In this document: piece by piece, positions 1-10,599 of the stretch
Layout of the letters: every line of letters starts with the position of its first letter
Position numbering within the stretch: position 1 is the first letter of the stretch
Program-made: the position numbers and the translations under genes
Assembly (NCBI GenBank): GCA_036172245.1
Contig: JAYWIR010000045.1
Coordinates: 310,001 to 374,000 of the forward strand
Length of the DNA: 64,000 nt
Direction: 5' to 3'
Origin: Raillietiella orientalis
Taxonomy: Eukaryota
Notes under the pieces: generated by a model
The model's input: the letters and a program-made list of their open reading frames with translations, nothing else
The model's database searches: none
What the model was told of the DNA's origin: nothing

Positions 1-240
1 TTCTGAATTTCGGAAGCATTCCTTTGGGGTTCTCATCAGAGAAGTAAACAGGAGCGCTTCCCTTGCAGGTTCCATCCGAAAGAGATGAAAGAAAGAATGA
101 AGAAAGAATGAAGAAAAAATGAAGAAAAAATGAAGCGAACTCTCTGGGGCTCCCTCCGAAAAGAATAAGAAAGAAGATACTCTTCGGAGACCCATCCACA
201 GGCATGAGAGGAACGGATTCCAGGCCCTTCCTGGAAGAGG
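1..240 (+). mobile_element. Partial copy (internal hairpin-repeat region) of the tRNA-derived SINE
   Basis: ggaagcattcctttggggttctcatcagagaag...ccctccgaaaagaataag...ccttcctgga aligns by eye with 3398-3606. Confidence 0.65.
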
Positions 241-299
241 CTGTGTGCTGGGGCACGAGCTTGGCAGAGTAGCCAGAGTCTCACTCTATTACTTGCTGC

Positions 300-1886
300 C
301 GAAGGTCAGGCAAAGTGACAGACAGCCTCAGTCGGTTACTCTTCAGTGCCTACTTCGAGTTGGTGCAGGATGGGCTCCGGGAAACTCTGGCGATCTTGCC
401 GTCCTCATGTCCTTGTACGCTCACGCGGACGACCTCCTCCTGTTATCCATGTCCATCCAGGCAGTGTCCCTCGAGGAATATTTCGAGCTAACACACCGAG
501 GAGCAAGCCATGAGCTTGAACAGGTGGAAGTCTGCGGCCGCTCTTGTTGGATCTTCGTGGGCAGTCAAACTGGATGCAACTGAGGATCTCAACGGGCAGA
601 TACTTCGAGCACCTTGGCGTACTTCCGAGCGACTTCTGAGCGGCAGGAGAATGTATGGTCTGGCTGATTGGAGAGGGCAGAGAGGGCGCTAAATCCTCTA
701 CCAAGCTGCCAGTCTCTCTTGCAGAAGCGCACTGCAACTTGAAGCTCCCCTTCCTCCATTTCCGTGCTACGAGGCAATGAATAGGAAGATCCTTCCGAAA
801 AGCCCAATGGGCGTGGCAGGATCTCGGGTACGTCTGAAAGACCTATCAGCTCCGTGCCGCGATGCCAGACCGACGTAAGGGAAGCAGGAAGCGCAGGTTC
901 ACTTCCGCATCCGCTGCTGACACCATGACCTTCCTAGGCGCAGTTATGTCCTCTCTATGGGATCGCAACCAATCGGCTAGGTGGACGATTTCTTGCTGCA
1001 CAGCAGGAGTCCTGACATCCTCCTGGAGTCACCACCAGTGGTCCCTGCAATTCTCCTGGAAGTATCCGTGCCTTACCTCTAGTGGCAGCATCCCTCCTTG
1101 CACTGGAACCTCCCGTGCGACCGACTCCGGCAGCTCTGGACGCGAGAAAGCTCCTCCCCAAACTGTGCCGGGTGCGGAGCTCGAGACGGAATGCGGACTG
1201 CGGGTTCCTCTGCGATGAATAGCAACGGGTGGTAGCAGCCCTCTCGCACTCCGAGGACTCTCCATCCTGCAGGTTCTTCATGCCGCAAGGACTCTCGAAC
1301 GCCAGAGCTGCCTCCGTGCAGCATTCGCGGATCGGCACGCGGTGGCGGAGGCAGCATTGGAGAACGGCCAGTGGCCACTCGATCCTACGCAGAATGCGAT
1401 GGGCGGCAAGGTGGCCTCGCTTCCCTTTCTGGATCAAGGAGGGCACTCGTCCGGATGGTGGGAAGGCACGGAAACCCGACTGGCCCTGCCTTCCTCTCCT
1501 CTTCCCCCATCCTTCCCGGAATCGATAAAGTTTGCGTCTGGTGTTTACTCATATCGCGTACACGTACACGTACACATACATATGCAAGTGCACGTGCATA
1601 TACACACATGTACATATGCACATGTCACACATAGATGTACACGCACGCATATACACATATACATATACCCACATATACACTACACAGGATCTGATGAACG
1701 TTTGCCCCTGAAGTTCGCACACATCGTGTATTTATTTATTTTTATTCTCTCACTGTCAATCCCTCCCTGTTGAGCGCGTTCTTCCAGCCACCGCTCTACG
1801 TGTTGGCATTCCCTGAATCATGCCCCCAAGGCACATCAATGCCTTTTGATTGATTTAGGAGAAATGTCCCGGGTTGACCGTGTTGA
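300..1886 (+). mobile_element. Degenerate 5'-truncated L1/Tx1-clade LINE (RT motifs to C-terminus and 3' UTR)
   Basis: SLSRLLFSAYFELV then YAHADDLLLL (RT motifs 4-5); C-terminus resembles other copies; ends in family terminal motif gtcccgggttgacc at 1866; microsatellite lies inside the 3' UTR. Confidence 0.75.
1556..1686. repeat. Degenerate alternating purine-pyrimidine (CA/TA/CG) microsatellite
   Basis: gcgtacacgtacacgtacacatacatatgc...catatacacatatacatat. Confidence 0.9.
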
Positions 1887-2946
1887 AAACAACTAGAAAG
1901 CTAGACAGGTCGAGGAAACAGTGGAAACTGCTGAAGATTCCTCTCTCTCATTCCCTTCTGCAACCCCAGATGATAAAAAACAAATGACCTCATTTCTATC
2001 TGACACATCTTTCGGTCCAAACTGAACTTCGCAATCTTGTAGGTGATTTCTGGACACCCCCTCAATCAGGCAATGTTAAGAAAAGGAACAAAGACGTCTT
2101 CAAGGAAGCAGCGATCCTTAGTTTCACTGTTTCTTTTCCCCCTTCCCTTTTTTTTTTCTTCCCGAAGACTGTTAATCGAAGAGCCCAGGAAAATCCTAGT
2201 AATACCATCTGAAGCAAACCACCCTGGAGTTGAAGATCAGCATAGCCAATTACTCTTCCGGAAGAAAACTGAAAAATATTTCGTATCCAGTTGACGGACA
2301 CTCTCTAATCTCTGCTTCCCACGGAAAGAAACAAAGATCATTCAAATCAATAACTAATTCTGAAGAAATAAATTTACATTAAGATGGTTGAGCACGTCTG
2401 CGCTCCCAGATGAATGTCTCGGGAACGGAAGGAGAATTGCTTTCTGTCTGTGCACTCGAGGATCATGGCGGCTTTCCAAAAGCAATTGCAGTTTTGAGCG
2501 CAGACCTCTTCTATTGTCTGGAAGGAGTTAGCCGCGTACAAGAGGCAGTCTAAGAGAATGGCGTGCCTAGCTTAAGGAATGCATAAAGGGAACTGGTTGA
2601 GACTGATAAATTGATGAAAGCTTTAAGCCTTGAAAGCGGAAAATCGACGCAACACTTTCCAGCGACTGATTGCTGCTAGCAAGCTATTTAGGCGACATAG
2701 ATCGACGTACGGGTGACAACTTCCGCCAATCCACCACCATGACTGAAGCGGAAGGATGCGAGAAAACAGAACGAAACAACGACTAACTTAAAATACATTG
2801 GAAAAGATGGATAATGATTCCTGACTATGAATTTCGAATGCTGGGCAGAATGCAGCTTAGGTGTTGGAATTGGTTTGCTGCTCTCTGCCGGGAGAGGTCT
2901 CGTTTGCAAGAAATTCTGAACATCATCCATGCCGAGAGTCATCTCA

Positions 2947-3722
2947 TCCGCCTCCAGCGAACCGCCTGGATCGCCTGCCTTGATGCGTTCAAGGCCATTT
3001 GGCTGCGGCATCCGCCCGTGGCACCAAGAGTTGCGGGTTCGAATCCCCACGAGGGAGATCGACGCCCAGAAACGGATGCGTCGTAGGTTTCGAGTATCCC
3101 CCCGCAGGATGACGTTGCTTGGCCTCCAAGAGTTGGGTGCGGCACTGGTGGAAGCCGGAAATCAAATGCCTCTGTTCAGTGGCCGGGATTTGGAAGTTGA
3201 TCCTCCGGGATCCTTCCAAAAATCAAGGAGTCGGTAGGCCTCGGGGTTTTCCTCCGGTTGTGCAAAGGGGATCCGTCCTCCCCCCCCCCTCTTCAGGGCA
3301 AACCTCCATCTCGTTCATGAAGCTGGTGGATTGGTACCCTTGCAGAGTGTCGAGAAGTGCCCTGCTCCCTTCGGGGAGCAGACCGCTCAGCAAAATTGGG
3401 AAGCGTCCTTTCGGGGTTCTCTTCAGAGGAGTAGCAAGGAGAGGTTCCAGGAACGAATCCTCTCGTGGTTTCCTTCGGAGAAGAAATGAGGGGTTCCTTT
3501 TTTCCCTCCGGGGGATCCCTCCGGAGAGAATAAGGAAGAGGTTCCTATCAGGGTTTCTCTTGCAAGCGTAAGAGGAAAGGACTCCTTCCTCCAGAGCCTT
3601 CCTGGATTCATAAGGTGGTCCCTCCCGGTTGCCCCCTATCTTGAAGAGTTAACACGCACCCTTGGGTGGCGTGAGGAGGCGAACGGGTCTTCAGCACTTG
3701 GAGAACAAAAGGAAAAAAAAAA
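2947..3722 (+). mobile_element. Apparently full-length tRNA-derived SINE with poly(A) tail and 10-bp TSD
   Basis: A-box-like ggccatttggctgcgg (~2992), B-box gggttcgaatccc (~3035), A-rich tail 3706-3723, flanking direct repeat agtcatctca at 2937-2946 and 3723-3732; four other copies in the window. Confidence 0.8.
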
Positions 3723-4199
3723 AGTCATCTCACAGCTAAGTGTAAACAGAAGAAAACAACGTTCTCACTGTTGATGAAGAAGTTCTTTGGACGAATCCTA
3801 TCCTGATTCTATTGGCTTCAGCCCAGTTCCCTGTCAGTGAGTGTCCAGAGAGAATCATACGACTCCGTGGATTGCCTACCATCCCTGCTTAATGGCATTT
3901 CCTGTCATTAGAGGATGGCAGTTTCCTGAATTACATTCGTGCGTCTCGAAGGAGTAATCGAATTTTCCATAGAGGGAATTGGGGCTGCTACGTAACACGA
4001 AAGGCACTCGTGGGTTTTTCCAAAAGAGTGCTGTTGAAAATTCCGGAGCGCTCTTGAAGAGGCAGCTGCCTGTGAACATCAGGAGGGTGCTTTTAGCAAA
4101 AAGAAGCCGATTGCATGAGAATCGGCTTCCGGGTTTTTGAACCCGCAGGAAGGCGTATCTGCAGATCTGGAAATTCCCTTAGAAAAAGTAGTTCGAGTA

Positions 4200-4510
4200 G
4201 TGTAGGAGCGAGATGTCCAGAGCACCGCAATGCCAAAATTGAGAAATGAACCGCACAAGCACACGTCCTACTTTGGTCTCCTAAATGAAGTGCACGTGAC
4301 TTACGCACGGGCCGTTCTTTACAGAAGGGGAGCGAAACACTCCGCCGAAGCCGGAGGCTGGAAACTTTGCAGCCATGCGGCGATGGGAGATACTAATCTG
4401 CAAGCAGAGAACTCCGAATGTGGAGCTGAAGTTGCGACCTGACCTTGTCCTGAGAAAAGGGACATCTGACATCGCACGCGTACTTCCGGTCATTCGAAAG
4501 CACAGAAGAG
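4200..4510 (+). mobile_element. NeSL/Utopia-like RLE endonuclease fragment
   Basis: KLRPDLVLRKG (PD motif of restriction-like endonuclease), similar to KLKPDLVLEKR at ~7040. Confidence 0.55.
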
Positions 4511-4739
4511 ATCAAGAAGCCATCTGGACCAAAAAAAAACACAAAAAAACGAAAAATTGCTTGCGTCCTTTCTCCCGGGAAAGTCAAAGTCAGTCCACGC
4601 GACTGCCGTCGGCTCACCGGCATCCTGGCCTTCCAGGAACGAGGAAGTTTAGAAAGAACTGGAAACTTCTGGAACGAACCGGAACCAGCTCAACGAGTTG
4701 GTAGAGCCATCTGTGATCCAACCCAGACGTGACATCCTC

Positions 4740-5220
4740 ACTGTACCCACCAGCTGGGAAACCCTTGAGAATCCTCCGAACAACCAGGTACAGATCTGAT
4801 AGTTTTGTCTCTAGGAGACCACCGATTTTTAGACTCTTGTCGCGCCGAGAGACGAGAAAACGGGCGCGGTGCAACCGCGAAAACTTCTGTTCTAGAGCGA
4901 AAGGCCGCGAAGAGGTTCAGCCCGCTGAGGCGAGCTCGCTGGACAAAGCCCTAGTCCCAATAAGGAGACCCAAGTCGCTATATGGGAGGAGTAACATCAC
5001 TCTTGAACGCCGCTGTCCTTCGCGAACCACAACGTTTGCCAAGAACTTCGAAGCTCGACAGGTCCAGGAAACGTTCGAGCTACAGAAAATCTCCCTCTTG
5101 CACTTCTTTCTGTAATCTCGAATCTTCCAGGGGAACCCGTATAGAGAGCGTTCTCGTCGTATCCAGGCGGGGAACAGATGTCTCCAAGCACATAGGTCAT
5201 TCAAACTGACTTCGAGAAAA
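4740..5220 (+). mobile_element. Degenerate APE endonuclease fragment of L1/Tx1-type LINE
   Basis: CL*ET (=CLQET, CAG>TAG at ~4811), GGVTSLL and GTRIESVLVVS (SRID-like) occur in the canonical order. Confidence 0.5.
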
Positions 5221-5989
5221 TGGCTTCTCGAAAAAGGATTTCAGCTGCACTTAAGGTTCGAAATTTCGAAAAGGCATTGGCGTCTCCGAAAATGAAATTA
5301 TCTGATCACAAAATGCATCCATTTTACGGAGTCTGGAAAAGATGTAGTTGCAGTAGTTGCAAGGCTTGAAACTCCATCCCCGTATTCGGATGGCATCGAC
5401 CTAGCGGCAGGCCTTCCAGAGATGTAAGACTGTCAGAGCAAACTTTCTTGCGATTTCCTCCGGAATTTTTCAACCCTTCATGCTGTATTTGGAAAATCTC
5501 TGGATGCAACGCTAAAAGGTTTTTGGGGGGCTCCCCCTACACGAAGTACTTTTGAGGATTTCCTGGATCCCACATGCATCTCTTTTATCATCTCCCCGCA
5601 ATCGATCGGAACGATAGTTCTCCCCATAAATCATCCTTCTATTAGTTTCCGCGCTCTCTTAAAAAATCTTCCTCTGCTATCGTGTTATTCGTAATCCATC
5701 TAACTAGGAACTTAATCCAGCATCCCTACTCGATTCCTCACCAGACATACAATGCAGCTCGTAAACTTCTTCCTACCGTTTCCCTGGTTATAACCCGTAA
5801 GCCTTAAGCAGTTGTAAACGAAACGCTGATTTCTGCGAGTCGAATGAAAATGATCACGCTCGTCTCTTTTCAGATCTTCAGAAAATTTCATCCTGGAAGG
5901 TTAAAACTTTCGAACACAAAGGTTCAAACAGATTCTATTCGAGCAACCTCAGGATTCGAGATTCCCTCCACTATGGATCACAGATGCCT

Positions 5990-7580
5990 TCATGAGTTGG
6001 ATTACCCTTGCATTTCTCCATAGATGGATTCATGACAATGATTCTCAGGACTATTTCGTTGGGCAAAAACATGAAGGAAGGTGACTTTACAAAGAGATGA
6101 AACAGCACGCTGTTGACGTCTCTTGCTGCCTTCGAAACCAGTCGCTTCAGCAAATGGATGCAGGGAGCGCTTCTTCGGAAAGGTGAAAGACACCCTGCAT
6201 CGTGCTCCAGGCGCGAGCAGAACAGTTGTGACAACAAGGATCGCCCTGCGCAGCTTTCTGGAGATGATCGCAAGGATTGTGATGACCTTTGGTATAAGGT
6301 TCCAACCAGTGCACATCCTTGAGGAAGATGAAAAACGCAGGCACATAGATCACGCTCTCGAGGGGTGGTCCACTATCAAATTTCATGGTTACGTGTCCAG
6401 TGGGAAAACAAAAGTTTGTGGATGGCGTTCTGATCCTTCTTCCTATTGCTCCAGAGAGCTTTCAATCTTGCGTGCAGATTCCGCAAAAGCCATCCAATGG
6501 GAGATGGAGGCCTGAAAAGAACGAAAACTCTCAGCGACACCAGCGTTCACCTGTGATCTGAACCTGTGCTTGGAATGAAACGTCATCAAAACCTCTGCGG
6601 GCATTCTGAAGCTCGGAGTCCTCTCTGATCACCAATGATGAGATCTGAAACCTCGTGGAAGATAAACCAGAGGGATCAAAGTACTGAGATGGAAGACCCT
6701 CCCAAAGCCCTTCCCCCACTTGTGATACATTTGCTCTTAGCTTGGGTGATGCCGTCGAGATGCCAGAATCTCACATTAGCACGCCATAATCCGACCCTAA
6801 GCACCTCTGCAGCATCTGAAACTCCAGGATGTTGCTACTTTTGAATGATAGCATAGCACAACGCTATCATTCAAAAGAAAAGAAAACCATCCGGAAAGGA
6901 CCCACATAATGAATAGATGCAAAAAGCACGTCCCTCTGACGATGCAGCGCCATGATGCCATTCTAGAAATCATCAGAAAGGCCGAGCGGATGACGTGGAG
7001 TCCTGTATCGAGTAATCGCAGAGTACCAGTAACCATCTCCAAACTCAAACCAGACCTGGTTTTAGAAAAACGAGACCGAATAAGTGTGCTGGACATCTCC
7101 TGCCCATTCGAAAATGGAAAGGAGACGTTCACCACAGCGAGGAAGGTCAAAGAAGGAAGGTAGCAAGATATCACAGTGCAACTTGGAAACTGTGGAAAGC
7201 ACATAAAAGTGCATGCGATCATTGTGGGCTTACTGGGAGTATGGGATCCTGGAAAGGAAGAGGTACTACAATACCTAGGACTACCAACAAAGAAGCCTTC
7301 GAAGCTAAGACAACGGATGGTAGCACCTGCATCCGGGATTCAAGTAGCATGTAAGCATCCCACGTAAGAAGGAAAAAAGCAGCCCAACCCGATGATCTGG
7401 ATAATGCTCTCCCTCCGGAAGAAATCGAGCAAAGCACCGAAGAACCGTGAAAGACACGGAGAAAACAACTATCGCGGAAGATTCTTCAGAGCCATTCCAA
7501 AAATAGCTTTGTAATAACCTAAAATGAATAGTAAGTTTCTGGCCAACTCGGAGGATCCAAACTCAGAAGACTAAGAAAAA
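5990..7580 (+). mobile_element. Degenerate NeSL/Utopia-clade non-LTR retrotransposon (RT C-terminal remnant, Zn knuckle, RLE, 3' UTR)
   Basis: HIMNRC...QRHDAIL...KLKPDLV...LDISCPFEN...ARKVKEGR and IIVGLLGVWDPG match NeSL-clade RLE motifs (RH, PD, D.PFEN, VGSLGSWDP); RT part upstream is weakly recognisable. Confidence 0.8.
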
Positions 7581-7589
7581 ACTCTGTTT

Positions 7590-8820
7590 TGCACGGGTGA
7601 TGCCGGCAGCACGTGCGCAATCGCGCGTGCGTTCTCACCTGCTGGTTCGCCGCGATGCTGAGACGAGATCTGGGGTTGTTTAGCCACGCAGGAGTGCCGG
7701 CGGTGGTTGCTGCCGCTATCTGCTCGCGTTTTCGAGACAGGGTCCGGTGGACGCTGCCCTTCTCCGTGACGAGCGTGGAGACCCGAAAACCTCCGCACGC
7801 AACAAACTCCCGCGCCATGCGGGGACCTTGCGGGAGCGCGGCCGCGCTTGTGCGCTTGACTCCGCAGAGGTGGTCGTCCCGGAGGATTTTCGTTCCGAAG
7901 CCAGCGGCTTGCGACGCGCCCACTCGCAAGCCGCTGCCTCCCTCGCCGCAGAGATACCCTCCCTCAGGGAACACATCGGCAGCAGCCTTGAGGCCGGATG
8001 GGAGGTTCGTGTGAACATCTCCGGAAGGAGAAAAGGACTGGGCGAGTGGACGATGGGTCAGCTCACGGAGGCTGCGACACCGACTGCTTGATCCCGTGGG
8101 CTTATGCGCTAGGGAGTGCTACTGCCCTTCCCTTGAAGTGGCAGGAGTTGATCCTGCTGCTGCTGCACTGGGGCCTTCCGTGCAACGCCCGCTGGCATCA
8201 CTGGACACAAGGGGATGTAGGACCCGACCTGTGCCAGGTGCGGGGAGCGTGAATCCCTCCCGCACCTGCTAGTGGACTGCGTTGCCAACCGGCCCCTCCG
8301 AGAACGCTTCACCGCGACCCTGGGAGCCTCCAGCGGCAACGCCAGGGATGCTCTGAAATCACTCCTCGTTCGCGACGCCCTTCGAACTTGAGCCTCGCAA
8401 GCAGCTCACTGCTGCCGACGGCAGAGTGTCACGGCCTGGAGAGATGCAAGGGGAGGGCGGAGCCACTGGGGTGCCGCATCCAATTCGCCGTCCGATTCAT
8501 CAGTACGGCAACGAGAACTCTATACAGCAAGGGCTTGCCGAACATCCTGCAAAGGATGCAGAGGACCCCCCCCAACAGACAGTGATCCCTTTCCGCACCT
8601 CCCTCCGTTCCTCCCCCAAATTGTTATATTTTTTTTCTTATTTCCTTTTCTTTTTGTTAAGCATCTCCCCTCTTCTAGCGTTGTGGGCCTCACATCAGTC
8701 TGCGCTCCGATAACGCGGCAGATTCGATCTAGAAAGGACGGGGCTGGACCACCGGTCCAACCACAGAAATTGGAAATGCTTATTTTATTTAAAAGTAAAC
8801 TCTTCGGTGCACCCAGGTCA
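7590..8820 (+). mobile_element. 5'-truncated L1/Tx1-clade LINE (C-terminal CCHC region and structured 3' UTR)
   Basis: LPLKWQELILLLLHWGLPCNARWHHW..C..C..ESLPHLLVDC; 3' UTR hairpins; agtaaac plus terminal motif at 8801-8820. Confidence 0.8.
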
Positions 8821-9721
8821 GCGGTTTCCGGCCGCGATTTCGGGGATGCGTAGGCGTCGTCAAGGCGAAACGCCTTTCCGTCGACGCGCGGCGCCAGCCC
8901 GGTGAGCGCGGGAAGGCGCGGAGGACTCCGGGATTGCGGACACATCTATCGTCGGTGCGGAGAGAACGTGTTCCGGGAGCACTGGGAAACAATCAGGCGC
9001 AGCTTATGGGCGAAAAGGAAAAGGGCGGAGGCGGAAGCGACTGCCTTCAAGTATGATGCCTCTGTTCGCCCGCTGAAGCCGAGGGCACCGGGTCCTCGGT
9101 CAAAGAACGAGTTTGCACCACTGCGCGCGGCAGCCGTCAACCGCCAGGTGCGCGCTCAGAGCGTGCAGCACGGGAACGCGGAACTTGCGGCGCTCTCCGT
9201 CCGCTCTTTCCCCCCGGATGGCATTATGGGTGCAAACCGACGTTTGACTTCCACCGGTCTCCTGGAGATGCAGTGCGGACTGATAAGAGGAAACCTCCGA
9301 TGCGAGAGAGGAAGGAGACTGCCGCAGAGGAGAAGATCTGCGGATCACTGCGGTCACCTGCAGTCCGCAAGTGGACACGAGAAGCCACTCTGCTCAGTAC
9401 GGGTTCTCCAGCTTTGCATCAAACGGAAGGCTCTCTTTGCTCCTTCCAGAAGAAGGGGTGCACTCGTACGTGCCTTCTTGCAAGCTCGGTTCGATGGTGG
9501 AAGATTTTGGTGGCAAGCCATCTCAGCAATTTTGCTTACTTATTGTAATTTCTGTACGTTCTTCTACTCGAATCAGATCTGCTCTCATCAGCTGAACATG
9601 CGACACAGCACATGTTGAATCCGCAAAAGACCTGCCGCGGTCCGTAAGCGAGATAAGAAGGATTTTCAGTTTTCCTTTTTCCACTCTGCATCCGTGTCCT
9701 GGTTCTCCCGTGGAGGGAAGC

Positions 9722-9872
9722 GGTGGACTGATCCCGAAGGCAACTTTAATACCAGGTCAACCTGCGATAGGAGAGAAGCAGGCTCTAAGCATCCCTCATA
9801 CCTCCTCAAAGTAGCTTTCTTATATTGTTCACTGAATGAGCGGCGTATCAGATGTCAAGCTGATAAGCTAGA
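9722..9872 (-). pseudogene. U2: 5'-truncated, degraded U2 snRNA
   Basis: Reverse complement reads tctagcttatcagcttgacatctgatacgccg...ggttgacctggtattaaagttgccttcgggatcagtccacc; stem IIa (TATCAG-8 nt-CTGATA) is intact, stems III/IV are recognisable, Sm site is decayed and the first ~40 nt are missing. Confidence 0.8.
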
Positions 9873-10137
9873 TTTTACTGAGATAAAGGGGATAATACGA
9901 AGAAAACAACGAAAGAGGCGGCTCCTCACCATCTCGCAAACTTCCTTCCTCCTTGATGGATCCAGTGGAAGTCTCGCTCTTTGGGAAGTCCTAGACACCG
10001 AAGCTTGGCGCACGTCTTTCCCCCGCTTTCAAGAGCTGCTCTCCTGAGTGTTTTGAGATCACAGAAGGTTGTGAGCATCGTCCGGCAAATGTGCAGGCTG
10101 GTCGGCCGAGTAAACGTAGCGGATACATGAGGCAATC
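9873..10137 (-). mobile_element. Tx1-like LINE 3' end (possible Keno-type) abutting the U2 relic
   Basis: RRAALESG...HWIHQGGRKFARW* resembles the C-terminus of the copy at ~1340-1460; short T-rich UTR ends in cagtaaaa, then U2. Confidence 0.6.
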
Positions 10138-10139
10138 AT

Positions 10140-10543
10140 GAGTGGTCTCAGCTTGTACGCATACATTCGCGGGACACCCGGTTCGCAAAGAATCGCATCA
10201 TTCCTTGGGTCTCATGTTTTAAGAGTCGTCCCCCCCCTATTGAGGGGGAAACCCTCAATCATGTTGCATGGGTCTGGACGATTCTACCCCCTCCCACTCG
10301 GGAGGTTGCCTCACCAGAGTGTTAAGAAGCGCGCTGCTCCCTTCGGGACTCCCTCCTAAGAGTGAGAACTGGCTCCTTCCTCCGGAGCTTTCCTGGATTC
10401 ATAGAGTGGTCCCTCTGGGTTGCCCCCTATTTTGGCGAATTAACACGCACCCTGAGGTGAAATGGTCTGTGTTGAATAGTTTCGTGAGCTCCACCCGAGG
10501 AGGCGAACGGTTCTTTAGCACTTGGCGAACCAAAAAAAGAAAA
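10140..10543 (+). mobile_element. Internally deleted copy of the tRNA-derived SINE
   Basis: gctgctcccttcggg...ttcctggattcatagagtggtccct...ttaacacgcaccc...agcacttggcgaaccaaaaaaag matches 3360-3722; 5' boundary uncertain. Confidence 0.75.
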
Positions 10544-10599
10544 TCCAGTTTGCCTTGGCTTCCATCTATTAGATTGGCAATATTTATCACATGTTTCCA

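Noticed and set aside
1866..1886. Tx1 terminal motif (gtcccgggttgacc) resembles U2 stem III/IV (atcgcaggttgacctggta in the relic) and often contains a CAGGTGA donor-like end
   Set aside because: Similarity never continues into further U2 or SL RNA sequence and several flanks are transposon coding DNA, so it is not accepted as a target site
4104..4130. Perfect 10-bp hairpin gaagccgatt-7 nt-aatcggcttc followed by a T-run
   Set aside because: It is isolated and single-copy; a bacterial-style terminator is implausible in this eukaryotic context
8902..9618. 238-aa ORF and other long GC-rich ORFs in the track
   Set aside because: No recognisable domains; most are alternative frames of GC-rich retroelement DNA
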